Below, piece after piece: positions 21,349 to 31,480 of a stretch of 64,000 nucleotides of DNA. A model generated the notes under the pieces. The model was not told where the DNA came from. It saw nothing but the letters and a program-made list of their open reading frames with translations, and did not search any database. Every line of letters starts with the position of its first letter. Position 1 is the stretch's first letter. A program made the position numbers and the translations under genes. The stretch covers positions 5,088,001-5,152,000 of the forward strand of contig JASGJH010000001.1 in NCBI GenBank assembly GCA_047601445.1, in the 5' to 3' direction. The DNA is from Myxococcales bacterium (GTDB lineage: Bacteria; Myxococcota_A; Polyangia; Polyangiales; DASUME01).

Positions 21349-21924
21349 TTGGCCTGGCGCGCGCGCCGCGTAAACCCGCCTTGGCCGCGCTGCACTTTCG
21401 TCGGTCTGCTGCTCATTGGCCTGCCAACGCTACTGCAGTTCACGGGGCTACCCGAGCTGCTCCCCTGGCTCGAGCGGAATGGGGACGCCGTCGCGCGCGG
21501 TGAGCTCTGGCGCCTGTTGAGTGCGGCCCTCGTGCAGGATGGCGGACCACCCGGCGCGCTGTTCAACCTGTCTGCCTTGTTGCTGGTCGGCAGCGTCGCC
21601 GAGCGCTGGCTCTCCGCGGGGCGCTGGCTGAGCGTGGCGCTCACCGGGAGCCTGGTGGGCAACCTCGCGGGCCTGCTCTGGCAGCCCGTGGGCGCGGGGA
21701 ATTCGGCCCTGGTGTTCGGCCTGGCCGGATCCCTCGGCACGCTATGCCTGCGCGCTCGCGTCGCGGGCAGCGCATGGCTCGCGCTCAGCTTCGCTGCGGC
21801 GCTGGCCCTCCTGCTCGACCGTGACCTGCACGGCGCGGCGGCCTGCGCGGGTGCGCTCGTCGCATGGACGTTTCCACGCCCTACGACGAGCGCTTCCGAC
21901 TCAGAACAACACGGGCGCCGCTAG
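21349..21924 (+). CDS. Rhomboid-family intramembrane serine protease
   Basis: GELWRL, LFN...GSVAER, GAGNS (catalytic Ser region), DLHG (catalytic His); start uncertain. Confidence 0.7.
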   Translation: MAWRARRVNPPWPRCTFVGLLLIGLPTLLQFTGLPELLPWLERNGDAVARGELWRLLSAALVQDGGPPGALFNLSALLLVGSVAERWLSAGRWLSVALTGSLVGNLAGLLWQPVGAGNSALVFGLAGSLGTLCLRARVAGSAWLALSFAAALALLLDRDLHGAAACAGALVAWTFPRPTTSASDSEQHGRR

Positions 21925-24204
21925 CGCGCAGATGTTGTTGATGCACTCCATGCCCTCGGTGGCGAAGCCGCAGCAGTCTTCGTTCTTCTCGCAGCGGTCG
22001 TACTCCGCCGAGCAGCTGGGAGCGGTGGCCGAGCAGGTGGTGGCACCCGCGGGACCGCCGCAATAACCGCCGCAGCACTCGTCGCCCGTCTCGCAGCTCA
22101 TGCCGTCGCCCTTGCACGGGTCGAGCACCCAGTAGCCGCGCATGTTGCCCGCCTGCAGCTCCTGCGCGGGCAGGTAGAACGCGGGATGGCTCGGATCCTT
22201 GCCAGGCTCGGGATTGAGGTCGAGCGCCGCCACCCAGAGCTTCTTGGGCGTGATCTGCTTGGGATCCTGCCAGTTGTACTCGCGAGGGTCGCTGGTCCTG
22301 GGATCGACGTGGGCAATCTGGCCGTACATGCGACGACTGGTGAAGACGACCCAGGCATAACCGCCCGAGACCACCGGGTTCACCGTGGGCTCGAAGTTCT
22401 GCTGATTGTCCTTGTCGTGATTGGTGCCGTAGGGCGAACCGCTGCCGTTGAGACCGTCGAGGCGCACGGCCTGCTTGGACTCGATGTCGATGTACCAGAG
22501 CTCGGCCTTCACGCCGTTGCGCGTGAAGCCGTACTCGTTCTCCTCGACCTCGACCTCGAACACGATGCCCTTGCCGTCCGGCGTGAAGCTCGGCCAGGCC
22601 ACGGGCTTGCCGTTTTCGGGTGTGTAGAGCTTCTGCACGGCCCCGAAGGTCTGGGTGGCCGGGTCGTAGTCCACGATGGCGAGCGACTTGTTGTCGCCAC
22701 CGGCGGCGTCGTTACCCCAGTTGAACGCGAGGCGCTTGCCGTCCGGCGAAAACGCCGGCAAGCGGGCCTTGAGGGTCTCGGGCAGCCCGCGGCGACCCTG
22801 GTTGGCGAGATCGGGCAAGGAGTACACCTGGCTCGAGCCGTCGGTCCTGAGCGGGCTGTCGCCAGCGAAGGAGACCGCGAAGCTGCCATCCGGATAGATC
22901 GCGGGATACGTGATGTTCTGGGTACCGGGCATGGTCTCCGCGATGGGATCCATGCGCAGGTCGTAGATGCTGCTGTTCTTGTAGCCGTTGTCGCCGTGCA
23001 CGCTGTGCAGGTTGTTGCCCTGCGCCGCCACCGAGTGGCACACGCGGCAGCCGGTCTGGTCGTCGCTGTTGGTGCCTGCCACCACGTCAGGTGCCGTGCG
23101 CCCGGGCTTGATGGCCAAGGTGCCTGCGCCGAAGTCCGGCCCGGTGCGCTTGCTGCCGTCGCTGCGACAGTCCGAGGCGTTGTCCGTCAGGCCGCAGCTC
23201 GGTTCACCCGAGTTGGCGAGGGGCATGCCGTCCACGAGCACCTTGGTGCCGTAGGAGTTGTAATACACGGTGCCCTTGAGCGAGGCCTGCGCGATGGTGA
23301 CCTGCACCTTCACCGGACCCACGGCCTGGGCGGCCTCGCCGAACACGAGCTCGATGCTGAGCGGCGCGCTGGCGCTGGAGAGCACCGCCGCGTTCCAGAT
23401 GGCGGTGGGGACGATCAGGTTGTCGAAGAGGTTCGTGTTGGAGAAGCCCGACTTGGGCGGCGCCGCGAAGTAGCCCTTGTACTCGAAGTTGGTCGTGCTC
23501 AGGTGGAGCATCGCCGACGTGAACGTGTGCTTGTCGAGGTCGTTGGCGGGACCGTTGGCCCACTGCAGCACCGGAGGCAAGAGCCCGCGCGGCAGCACGG
23601 TGTTGTCGTAGGGGTAGAGCAGCTTCACGTCGGCGTCGGCCACCGGCGTGCCGTTCAACACCGTCTGCTGGTCGGGCGTGGCGCCCGGAGCAGGACCATC
23701 GCCGCCCACGCCGCCGAAGCCACCTGCGCCCGGGTCGGTGGGCGCAGCCTGGTAGTTCGGGTCGCCCGCCGTGTCGGTCCAGTTGATGGCCACAGTGAGG
23801 TTGATCGACCCGGTGATGTTGCCGTACTTGGCGGTGATCTTCACCACCCCCGCGGCCTTGCCGCTGGCCGTGAACATGCCGGTGGCTGGATCGATATTGC
23901 CGATCTCCACGCGGTCCACGGTCCACACCGGCGAGATGGCGCGGTCGTCCTGGGTAGCGGCGAACTGCAGCGTGGCCGGTGCGCTCGAGTTGAGCGTGAG
24001 GGTTTGGTCCGTGGGCGTGAGCACCAGCGGCGAGGTGGAGGGCATCGGGTTCTGGTCGCCGTCGCCCCCCATGCTGCCGTCGATCCCGCCATCGCCATCC
24101 CCGAGGCCGCTGTCGCCGTCGTCATCGACGTTGCCGTTCGAGCCGCCGGGTCCGCAGCCTGCCAGGTAGAGCAGACCACCGAAGGCCGCAGAGTAGAGAC
24201 GCAT
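21901..24204 (-). CDS. Large lipoprotein: Ig-like domain, TolB/PD40-like beta-propeller, Cys-rich C-terminus
   Basis: Lipobox LAGC, GDGD linker, PAFSPDGKRLAF and WPSFTPDGKGIVF repeats, WVVFTSRR, C-terminal Cys-rich knot repeats. Confidence 0.8.
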   Translation of the reverse strand: MRLYSAAFGGLLYLAGCGPGGSNGNVDDDGDSGLGDGDGGIDGSMGGDGDQNPMPSTSPLVLTPTDQTLTLNSSAPATLQFAATQDDRAISPVWTVDRVEIGNIDPATGMFTASGKAAGVVKITAKYGNITGSINLTVAINWTDTAGDPNYQAAPTDPGAGGFGGVGGDGPAPGATPDQQTVLNGTPVADADVKLLYPYDNTVLPRGLLPPVLQWANGPANDLDKHTFTSAMLHLSTTNFEYKGYFAAPPKSGFSNTNLFDNLIVPTAIWNAAVLSSASAPLSIELVFGEAAQAVGPVKVQVTIAQASLKGTVYYNSYGTKVLVDGMPLANSGEPSCGLTDNASDCRSDGSKRTGPDFGAGTLAIKPGRTAPDVVAGTNSDDQTGCRVCHSVAAQGNNLHSVHGDNGYKNSSIYDLRMDPIAETMPGTQNITYPAIYPDGSFAVSFAGDSPLRTDGSSQVYSLPDLANQGRRGLPETLKARLPAFSPDGKRLAFNWGNDAAGGDNKSLAIVDYDPATQTFGAVQKLYTPENGKPVAWPSFTPDGKGIVFEVEVEENEYGFTRNGVKAELWYIDIESKQAVRLDGLNGSGSPYGTNHDKDNQQNFEPTVNPVVSGGYAWVVFTSRRMYGQIAHVDPRTSDPREYNWQDPKQITPKKLWVAALDLNPEPGKDPSHPAFYLPAQELQAGNMRGYWVLDPCKGDGMSCETGDECCGGYCGGPAGATTCSATAPSCSAEYDRCEKNEDCCGFATEGMECINNICALAAPVLF

Positions 24205-24657
24205 GGACGATGTATGGAGTCGAGCCGCCAAAGGAAACCTCGATGGAAGAGAGTGTCCCGCCAAGCGAAACGGGTCACGGCCTGGTGCGTGCCGGGAGAC
24301 GCGCAGTCGCAACGGCGCAGCAGCTCCCAGTCAGGTGGTTGAACACCAGACGAGATTCCATTTTCCAATCGTCACGTCGCCCCGCGTCAAGCGTCAAAAC
24401 ACAGCGATTTACACGCGTACATAGCGGGGGACGGAGCGCGCCGGAGACGTGGGTAGGATGATCGCGCTGAGCGGTACACTGCACCGTTCACCGTGCCCGT
24501 GTTGGTCGTTGTCACTTGGCGGTAAGACCGGTCGTCGCCGTCGCCCTCGCCCTCAACCGCCTGCGCTGTCCAAGTCGACGTGGACCGTGGCAACTGTCCA
24601 CGCCCACGACAACCGCTTTCCGCGGACCGCGTCAACGAGTTCAGCTGGGCCCGCGGA

Positions 24658-24734
24658 GGTCTCTCGAGAACACCCTAGCTCTCTCGAGAACACCAGGCCT
24701 TCTCGAGAACACCAGGCCTTCTCGAGAAGAGACC
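24658..24734. repeat. Tandem array of four TCTCGAGAA palindromic units
   Basis: TCTCGAGAA at 24662, 24682, 24701 and 24720 (period 20/19/19); linker CACCAGGCCT occurs twice. Confidence 0.85.
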
Positions 24735-24785
24735 GCATGAGCCACCCCGTGGCCCCCGCTCCGCTTTACCGAGCCCAGGGGAGGA

Positions 24786-25658
24786 TCAGAGCCCTCGTGA
24801 CCACTCGGGGCGCAATGCCACCTCGCCGGCCAGGGCCGCATCGATGGTGGCCACGATGCGTTCGCGGTCCTCGGGCAGCACGCCGGCCAGGGGTAAGTAA
24901 TTGGAGGCGTGGTTGGTGCGGAAGAGCGCGCGGCGCGGGCGCGCCTCGTGGACGATGGTCCTCAGCTCACCGAACATCTGCGCCAGGCTCGGCAACACGA
25001 ACTTGCCCTTCTGACGCAACGTGGCCAGCGGCGTGCTCGGCACCACCGTGGTGGTGAGGGCTGCCAAGAACTCCGGGTCCATGGCCGTGACGAGCTCCGC
25101 CGTGCGCGCCGCATGCTCCGCAGAGCGCTCCACGCCGGCTACTCCGAGCATGGTGATCACGCTGATCTCCATGCCCGCCGCATGGGCCCGCTGTGCCGCC
25201 TCCACGTGCTCCGCGAACGTGCTTCCCTTGGCGATGCGCTTCAAGGTCACGTCGTCGCCAGACTCCGGACCGATGTACAAACGCGTGAGCCCGGCCTCGC
25301 GCAGCTGCCTCAGCTCCTCGTCGCTCTTGGCCAACACGTTGCGCGCCATGGCGTAGCAGGAAACGCGCTCGAGGTGCGCGAAGCCGCGCTGCATGCTCTG
25401 CAGCAGGGCCAGCCAGTGATCGACGGGCAAGATCAGCGCATCTCCGTCGGCCACGAATACCTTGCGCACGCGGGAGCCGAAGCGACGCGCGGCCTCGTCG
25501 AGGTCCTCGAGAGACTCCGCGAGCGGGCGCACGCTGAAGTCCTTGTCGCGATACATGTCGCAGTACACGCAGGCATTCCACGAGCACCCGATGGTGGCTT
25601 GCAGGATGTAGGCGTCGGCCTCGGAGGGGGGACGATAGAGCTGGCCTTGATAGCGCAC
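24786..25658 (-). CDS. Radical SAM protein (YRPPSE-type family)
   Basis: GTG start with GAGGA SD; YRPPSEA, QATIGCSWNACVYC, LYIGPESG, FRTNHASNYL. Confidence 0.88.
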   Translation of the reverse strand: MRYQGQLYRPPSEADAYILQATIGCSWNACVYCDMYRDKDFSVRPLAESLEDLDEAARRFGSRVRKVFVADGDALILPVDHWLALLQSMQRGFAHLERVSCYAMARNVLAKSDEELRQLREAGLTRLYIGPESGDDVTLKRIAKGSTFAEHVEAAQRAHAAGMEISVITMLGVAGVERSAEHAARTAELVTAMDPEFLAALTTTVVPSTPLATLRQKGKFVLPSLAQMFGELRTIVHEARPRRALFRTNHASNYLPLAGVLPEDRERIVATIDAALAGEVALRPEWSRGL

Positions 25659-25672
25659 GGAGTCCTCGCGCC

Positions 25673-27682
25673 TCAGCGCACGCAGGTTCCCATGGGGACC
25701 CCACACAAACCGCTGCTACAGGTGCCTTCTTTGCACTCTTCGCTGAAAGAGCAACTCTCGCCGAGTTCGCGCGAATCCGGGCAGTACGCAGTGTCACACA
25801 CCTTGGGCAGCGCGCCCTGGCGCGTGGCCTTATCGGGCCCCACCACGATGCCGCTCACATCCATGTCCGCCGCGTCGCTCGCCGGTCCGGCGCGGGTGCC
25901 CTCCGCGCGCTCCCACATGCGGATGGTGCGCTCCGCGGAGCCCTCGAAGATGGCGGTCTCGACCCCGAGCTGTTCGAGGTCCGCCATCAATGCGCCGAGC
26001 AGACCGATGTGCGCGAAGCCCTTGCGATCGAGCTCCGTGCCGAGCCCCTGGGGACCCGAAGTGCGCTGCGCGTCGCGCTGACACGTGGCTTCGGCTGCGA
26101 ACGAGGCCGAGCAGGCACCGTCGTCGCCGAAGCGCGGGCGCGTCTGCTGGATGAATCCGTTGAAGTCCGTGCCCAGCGCCAAGTCCACCTTGAGCCCCCG
26201 TGTGGCGAACGCGATGGCCTGGGCGAGCGAGCGCGTGGACCCGTGGCAGCTGTTGTCCACCTGGGAGGCCGGATAGGAGCTCACCTCCTCGTGCGCCGTG
26301 CGTAGACCGAACAAGCCGCCGGTCCTGCGGATGCCCTTGATGATGGAGGCGGGCGTGGTCTTCTCCTCGCGCTGCTTGGCCGGCAACATCAGTTCGCGCA
26401 GATGCCCGTGGGAAACGTACACGGGGTAGAAGTCGTTGGCCTCGGCGAGGGCGAACACGTCGGCCGTGGTCCGCTCGGACATGTGGGCCGCGTCGATGAG
26501 CATGTGGCGCTCCATCATGGCCTGCACCAGCTGCTTGCCCTCGTCGGTAAGTCCGCGCACGTTCTTGCAGTCCGCGTCGACGTCGAAGCCGAGCGTGGTG
26601 TCTGCGGAGGTCAACCCGCAGTCGGAGTCCACGTGACAGTTTCGCGTGAACTGGGCGATGTGGAAGATGGGGTTGTGGGGAGCGGCGCCGCCGAAGCGGT
26701 TGTCGAGCTGATGCACGAGCTGCAGCGTGCGCACGCCCATGCCGTAGACCTCCTCGAGCGCACCCGAGAGATCGGCCGCCCCGAACAGGCTGGATGCCTC
26801 GATGCTGAGCAACATGGCCAGCTTACCCTCGCTGGCGATGCGGCGCGCGTCGCTGGCGCTGAGCGCGATCTCGAGCCAGTCGTGGCGCGCGTCGAGCTCA
26901 TGGGCCAACTGGAGCTGACGTCGCACGTCGTCCATCTCGTCGCACTGTGGGCGCACGAGGTTCTCGCTGGGCAGGGCCTTGCACAGCCAGTCGAAGCTCA
27001 CCGCCGACATGACCACCACGCGCAGGCCATCACGGTGCGCCTGTTCGAGCCAGCCTTCCCAGCTCTGCTGATGCGCGATGGTGTCCCAGCGCGGCCAGCC
27101 GCTGTAATCGGGAAAGCCGCTCTTGCGGCCTTGGTGCACGCCGGTGTCGCCGCCCGTGCCTTCGATGGCCCCCAGGAACTCCGAGGCCGGTGTGCCACCC
27201 ACGTTGAGCAGCAGATTGAGGAACGGCACGCTGCTCGCGAGCGCGCTCAAGTCGACCGGTGGCTCGGCGTCTTGGCAGGTGCCGAACTGGGCGCTCAGGT
27301 TGGAGCGCAGTCGTGCATGGTCTCCCGGAAAGCCGCCGTCACAGCTGGCCAGCGCGAGCGCTTCCGCTCCCTGGTGGCTGCCGTGGAACCAGCCGCCACC
27401 GAAGGCCTCTTCGGCCATCATGTGCAAGTGCAGATCGGCGTAGCCCACGACGGGCGCGATCGACATGCTGGCATCGGGTTGGCTGGCATCCCCCTGCGCA
27501 GCGTCGTGGTCAGCGTGCTCACCAGGAGTGGCATCGCCGGTAGTGGCATCGACAGGGTCAGCGGGCTCGCCCGGACCGCGCCCGCCTGGCTCGGAGGGAC
27601 GCTGCCCACCGCCCGAACAGGAAATCCCGAGCAGGGCCACGGCGATGGACGAGATGCAGCGCGAGTGGAGATAGGAAGCCAC
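25673..27682 (-). CDS. Lipoprotein with membrane-dipeptidase (M19)/amidohydrolase domain and Cys-rich tail
   Basis: Lipobox-like GISC; GYADLHLH, HQQ..W, LVHQLDNRFGG, GLTDEG, IDAAHMS, VSHG, GTDFNG; start uncertain. Confidence 0.75.
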   Translation of the reverse strand: MASYLHSRCISSIAVALLGISCSGGGQRPSEPGGRGPGEPADPVDATTGDATPGEHADHDAAQGDASQPDASMSIAPVVGYADLHLHMMAEEAFGGGWFHGSHQGAEALALASCDGGFPGDHARLRSNLSAQFGTCQDAEPPVDLSALASSVPFLNLLLNVGGTPASEFLGAIEGTGGDTGVHQGRKSGFPDYSGWPRWDTIAHQQSWEGWLEQAHRDGLRVVVMSAVSFDWLCKALPSENLVRPQCDEMDDVRRQLQLAHELDARHDWLEIALSASDARRIASEGKLAMLLSIEASSLFGAADLSGALEEVYGMGVRTLQLVHQLDNRFGGAAPHNPIFHIAQFTRNCHVDSDCGLTSADTTLGFDVDADCKNVRGLTDEGKQLVQAMMERHMLIDAAHMSERTTADVFALAEANDFYPVYVSHGHLRELMLPAKQREEKTTPASIIKGIRRTGGLFGLRTAHEEVSSYPASQVDNSCHGSTRSLAQAIAFATRGLKVDLALGTDFNGFIQQTRPRFGDDGACSASFAAEATCQRDAQRTSGPQGLGTELDRKGFAHIGLLGALMADLEQLGVETAIFEGSAERTIRMWERAEGTRAGPASDAADMDVSGIVVGPDKATRQGALPKVCDTAYCPDSRELGESCSFSEECKEGTCSSGLCGVPMGTCVR

Positions 27683-27776
27683 GGCGGACGCAGCATCCCC
27701 ATGGCAACCGCTTTCGTGCAAGCGCGATGGCGATTTTGCGGGCGGAGGGCCGCCGATTTCGTCACATGATGGCGCG

Positions 27777-28793
27777 ATGCAAGCCTCTCGCACCTTCGCG
27801 CGCCGCGGCCTTCGGCTCAGCTGTGTTCTAGCCCTCACTCTGTCGGTCTCGGCCTGCGGCAAGGACGAGGCGCCCAAGGACGGGGCGGTGGATATGGGGG
27901 ACGACTCGGATGGGTCCACGCCTGAATCCGACGCGGGCTCGTCCGCAAGCGACGCCGGGAACGGCGATGGCGCTGCCAACGGAGACGGAGGCAGCGCAAC
28001 TCCGCAGTCCGACGCAGGCACGCCACCGCCCCCGAAATGCAAACGCGGACTCGGCTACGGCTACCACAGCAAGGCCGACATGATGGCGCTGCGGCGTGGC
28101 GTGCACTGGTGGTACAACTGGTCGCCCACGCCCGACACCAAAGTCGCGACGAGCTACAAGGACCTCGGCGTGGAGTTCGTGCCGATGGCATGGGACGAGA
28201 AGTTCACCGTGGCGGGCCTCGAGAAAGACATCCCCCAGGGCGCCAAGACCTTGCTCGGCTTCAACGAGCCCAACTTCTTCGGTCAAGCCAACCTGAGTGC
28301 CAGCGACGCGGCCAAGCTGTGGCCCGATCTCGAGAAGGTAGCCAAGGCGCGCGGACTCGCGTTGGCGTCACCGGCCGTGAACTTCTGTGGTCCGGCCGAG
28401 AAGTGCTTCGAGACCGACCCCTTCAAGTACCTCGATGCCTTCTTCGCGGCCTGCAAGAACTGCAAGATCGATTACGTGGCCGCGCACTGGTATGCCTGCG
28501 ATGGGCCGGCGCTCACGTGGTACTTGGGCCAGCTCAAGAAGTACAAGAAGCCCATCTGGCTCACCGAGTTCTCTTGCCTCGACGGCGACCGATCGGTGGC
28601 CAACCAGAAGAAGTACATGACGGACGCGCTCAAGATCCTGGAGGCGGATACGCAGGTGGCAGCCTACGCCTGGTTCATCGGTCGCAGCGATGACGTCCCG
28701 TCCATCGACCTGCTCGGAGCCGACGGCAAGCTCACCGAACTCGGCGAGCTCTACGTCTCCCTTCCGCACCATGACCCGAGCTGCGCGCGGTAG
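27777..28793 (+). CDS. Glycoside hydrolase family 128 (putative beta-1,3-glucanase) lipoprotein
   Basis: Lipobox VSAC, acidic linker, WWYNW, EFVPMAW, LLGFNEP, AHWY, KPIWLTEF, YAWF. Confidence 0.82.
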   Translation: MQASRTFARRGLRLSCVLALTLSVSACGKDEAPKDGAVDMGDDSDGSTPESDAGSSASDAGNGDGAANGDGGSATPQSDAGTPPPPKCKRGLGYGYHSKADMMALRRGVHWWYNWSPTPDTKVATSYKDLGVEFVPMAWDEKFTVAGLEKDIPQGAKTLLGFNEPNFFGQANLSASDAAKLWPDLEKVAKARGLALASPAVNFCGPAEKCFETDPFKYLDAFFAACKNCKIDYVAAHWYACDGPALTWYLGQLKKYKKPIWLTEFSCLDGDRSVANQKKYMTDALKILEADTQVAAYAWFIGRSDDVPSIDLLGADGKLTELGELYVSLPHHDPSCAR

Positions 28794-28853
28794 AGCAAGC
28801 GTGGCCTGGCCGTTGGCGCCCCCTCCCTCCACGGTCGTGATCGCCGTTCTTCG

Positions 28854-30326
28854 TCACTCTCCAAGCGCATAGGCTAGACGGGCCCTCGCAAGGTGGCGCT
28901 CGACGGCCGAGTCGAGCACCTGGAGGCGGGCCGCGTTGAGCTCGTTCTCTGCGGCAAACAGGTCGGCAGTGGTGACGTCGCCCACATGGAGCTCGGCCAT
29001 GCGTCGTTCGTAGGCCGTTTGGGCCGCCGCCTCGGCCGTCCGAGCCGCCTGGGCGCTGCGATTGGCGCGCACGAGTACCGCGCGCGCGTTGCGTACCTCG
29101 AGCGTGAGTGCCTGCTCGAGCTCGGCGAGCTCCGCCTCCAGGGCGTCGATTTGCGCTTCGTTTTCGCGTACCCGCTTGGCGGCACTCCAGCTGTCGTTGG
29201 GCGCATAGCTCACGAGGGCGCCGACCTCCCAGCTGGGCTGATACTCGCTCTTGGGCGGGATCTGATAGCGATTGGGGTTTGCATAGTCGCCTCCGGCGAA
29301 CACGGAAACGTGTGGGTAGCCGTTGGCGCGATTGGCCTTGGCGTTGTGGCGCTGACTCTCGATCAGCTCTGTGAGAGCGCTGATCTCTGCTCGCTGGGCG
29401 CGCGCCTTGCCGAGCAGCAGCGCAGCGGACGCCACCTCGCTGGCGTCCAAGTCGTCGAGAATGGGATCGCCGATTCCGTAGGGTGCGCCGTCGGGGTCCA
29501 GGAGCAAGGTACGCAACGCTGCATCCGCCACGTCGACCGCGGACTCCATGCTCACCACGGTCTGCTCCGCGAGTGCGAGGCGCGCCCCCGAGCTAGCAGC
29601 GTCCGCCGCGGGACGCAGGCCGGCCTTCACACCCGCCTCGATGCGCGCGTGTTGAACCCGCGCCTGCTCCACCGCGCGCTGCGCCACTGCCAGGTTCCCG
29701 CGCGCGCGGGCCAGCTGGTAGTAGGCCTCGCGTGCACTCAGACGCACGCGGTTGAGCTTGGCTCGTGCCTGGGCCTCCGTGGCGCGAGCCGACGCGCGCG
29801 CAGCCTGAATGCTGGGCACCACGGCGAAGAACAGATCGCTCACCGGATACAGCACGCGCGCCGCGAACGCGGTCTGATTTCGTGGGATCACGATGGCCTG
29901 GCCCTGAGCTTGCCGGTCGATACTGGAAAGCCAGAGTGCCCGCGCTGCAGGATCGTTGATCTGCTGGGCCAGCGTGCGGGCCGCATCGGCCGCGGCCGGG
30001 TCGAGCGCGCCGATGCGACTGTTGGGAAAGCCGTCGATGTGCGTGTAGCGCGCGGTGAGCTCGAGGCGTGGCAACAGCTGGGTCCGCGCCCGCTCCACGG
30101 CGGCCTCGGAGGCGCGCACCAGCGCTTCGGCGCGCTCGAGTGCGGGCGAGTTCTCGGTCACCCGGGTGACGGCCTCCTCTGCGCGCAGGGGCTCTCCCTG
30201 TGCGATGGCGCCCATCAGATCGAAACTGGGCACGCTTTCCGACTTGGCATCTTGGGCGGAGCACACACCTCCACCGAGCAGCCAACCTGCGAGGCAGGCA
30301 GCCGCGAGACACTTCTCTTGGCGCAT
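28854..30326 (-). CDS. TolC-family outer membrane efflux protein
   Basis: Signal peptide, two OEP-like helical repeats (LLPRLEL, REAYYQL, YPHVS), C-terminal ALGE; last gene of the ABC operon. Confidence 0.85.
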   Translation of the reverse strand: MRQEKCLAAACLAGWLLGGGVCSAQDAKSESVPSFDLMGAIAQGEPLRAEEAVTRVTENSPALERAEALVRASEAAVERARTQLLPRLELTARYTHIDGFPNSRIGALDPAAADAARTLAQQINDPAARALWLSSIDRQAQGQAIVIPRNQTAFAARVLYPVSDLFFAVVPSIQAARASARATEAQARAKLNRVRLSAREAYYQLARARGNLAVAQRAVEQARVQHARIEAGVKAGLRPAADAASSGARLALAEQTVVSMESAVDVADAALRTLLLDPDGAPYGIGDPILDDLDASEVASAALLLGKARAQRAEISALTELIESQRHNAKANRANGYPHVSVFAGGDYANPNRYQIPPKSEYQPSWEVGALVSYAPNDSWSAAKRVRENEAQIDALEAELAELEQALTLEVRNARAVLVRANRSAQAARTAEAAAQTAYERRMAELHVGDVTTADLFAAENELNAARLQVLDSAVERHLARARLAYALGE

Positions 30327-30331
30327 GATGA

Positions 30332-31480
30332 TTATCCTTGTTGACGACGAAAACGCAGGGCCGCGATGGTGCAGACGACGACACCCATCACGGTCAAGGC
30401 CAGGAATTGAAGACGCAGATCCGAGAGCGTGGCGCCGCGCAGCAAGAGGGCGCGCAGGATCTCGGCGTAGTGGCGCAGGGGATTGATCAACGTGAGCGGT
30501 GCGAGCCACGCCGGCATCGAACGCACGGGCGTCATGATGCCGCTCAGGAGTGCGGCCGGAAGCATGAACAGGAAGCCGCCCATGAAGGCTTGTTGCTGAC
30601 TCGAGCTGACGGTCGAGATCAACAGGCCGATGCTCAAGGTGTTCAGCAGGTAGAGCAGCGTCGCCAGCAGCAAGCTCAGCGGTGAGCCCCGCAAGGGCAT
30701 GTCGAAGCCGTAGGCGCCCACCACCATCGCGAGAATGAAGTCAAACAGACCCACGACGGCGAACGGGATGATCTTGCCCAGCATCAGGAGCAGGGCCGGC
30801 ACCGGGGTCACCTGGATTTGCTCGAGGGTGCCGCGCTCGCGCTCACGCGCCAGGCCCATCGATGCGATGATGGTGGTCACCAACAGAAGCAGCATCGCCG
30901 ACACACCAGGAATCATGTACACGGAGGTCTTGAGCGCCGGATTGAACAGCACGCGCGAGCGCACCGAGACCTCGGGTTGGGGCCTGTGCAGCCCTAGCTG
31001 CGCGGCCCTGAGCGCGCCCTGCTTGCGTGCGCTCGCCTCGGCCTCACGGGCGAAGTAGCTGCTCACGGCCGCGCCGGCCACGTTTGCGCGATTCGGATCG
31101 CTGCCATCCAGCACCATCTGCACACTGGGGCCTCGGCCGCGCACGAGATCGTGCTCGAAGCCGCGTGGCACCACGAGCACCGTGGCCGCCTCACCCGTCT
31201 CCAGCATGCGCAACGCGGTCTGCGGCTCGGCCACATCGCGCACGCGTCGCAGCGTTCCGTCGGCCAGCACACGCTGCAGGTGGCTGCGACTCTGGGTGCT
31301 GTGGTCGAGGTCCACCACCGCGGTGGGGACCTTGTCGACGTCGAGCTGCACTGCGTTGGCGAACAGCACGAGCTGCACGGCCGGGGCGGCCACCAAGAGC
31401 GCCATCATGCGACGGTCGCGCAGGGTCTGGCGCACTTCCTTGAGCATCACGGCGTAGAGCATGCTGAGGGCTCGTCTCAT
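30332..31480 (-). CDS. ABC-2 type permease (YbhR-like)
   Basis: KEVRQTLRDRR, VVDLDHS, FNPAL, ARERERGTLEQIQVTP, GKIIP. Confidence 0.9.
   Translation of the reverse strand: MRRALSMLYAVMLKEVRQTLRDRRMMALLVAAPAVQLVLFANAVQLDVDKVPTAVVDLDHSTQSRSHLQRVLADGTLRRVRDVAEPQTALRMLETGEAATVLVVPRGFEHDLVRGRGPSVQMVLDGSDPNRANVAGAAVSSYFAREAEASARKQGALRAAQLGLHRPQPEVSVRSRVLFNPALKTSVYMIPGVSAMLLLLVTTIIASMGLARERERGTLEQIQVTPVPALLLMLGKIIPFAVVGLFDFILAMVVGAYGFDMPLRGSPLSLLLATLLYLLNTLSIGLLISTVSSSQQQAFMGGFLFMLPAALLSGIMTPVRSMPAWLAPLTLINPLRHYAEILRALLLRGATLSDLRLQFLALTVMGVVVCTIAALRFRRQQG

Noticed and set aside
24658..24734. CRISPR array
   Set aside because: Repeat units are only 9-10 bp with ~10-bp, partly identical spacers, and there are no cas genes in the window
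25560..25590. Non-canonical CX4CX2C radical SAM motif as a novelty
   Set aside because: This spacing is usual in the YRPPSE-type radical SAM family
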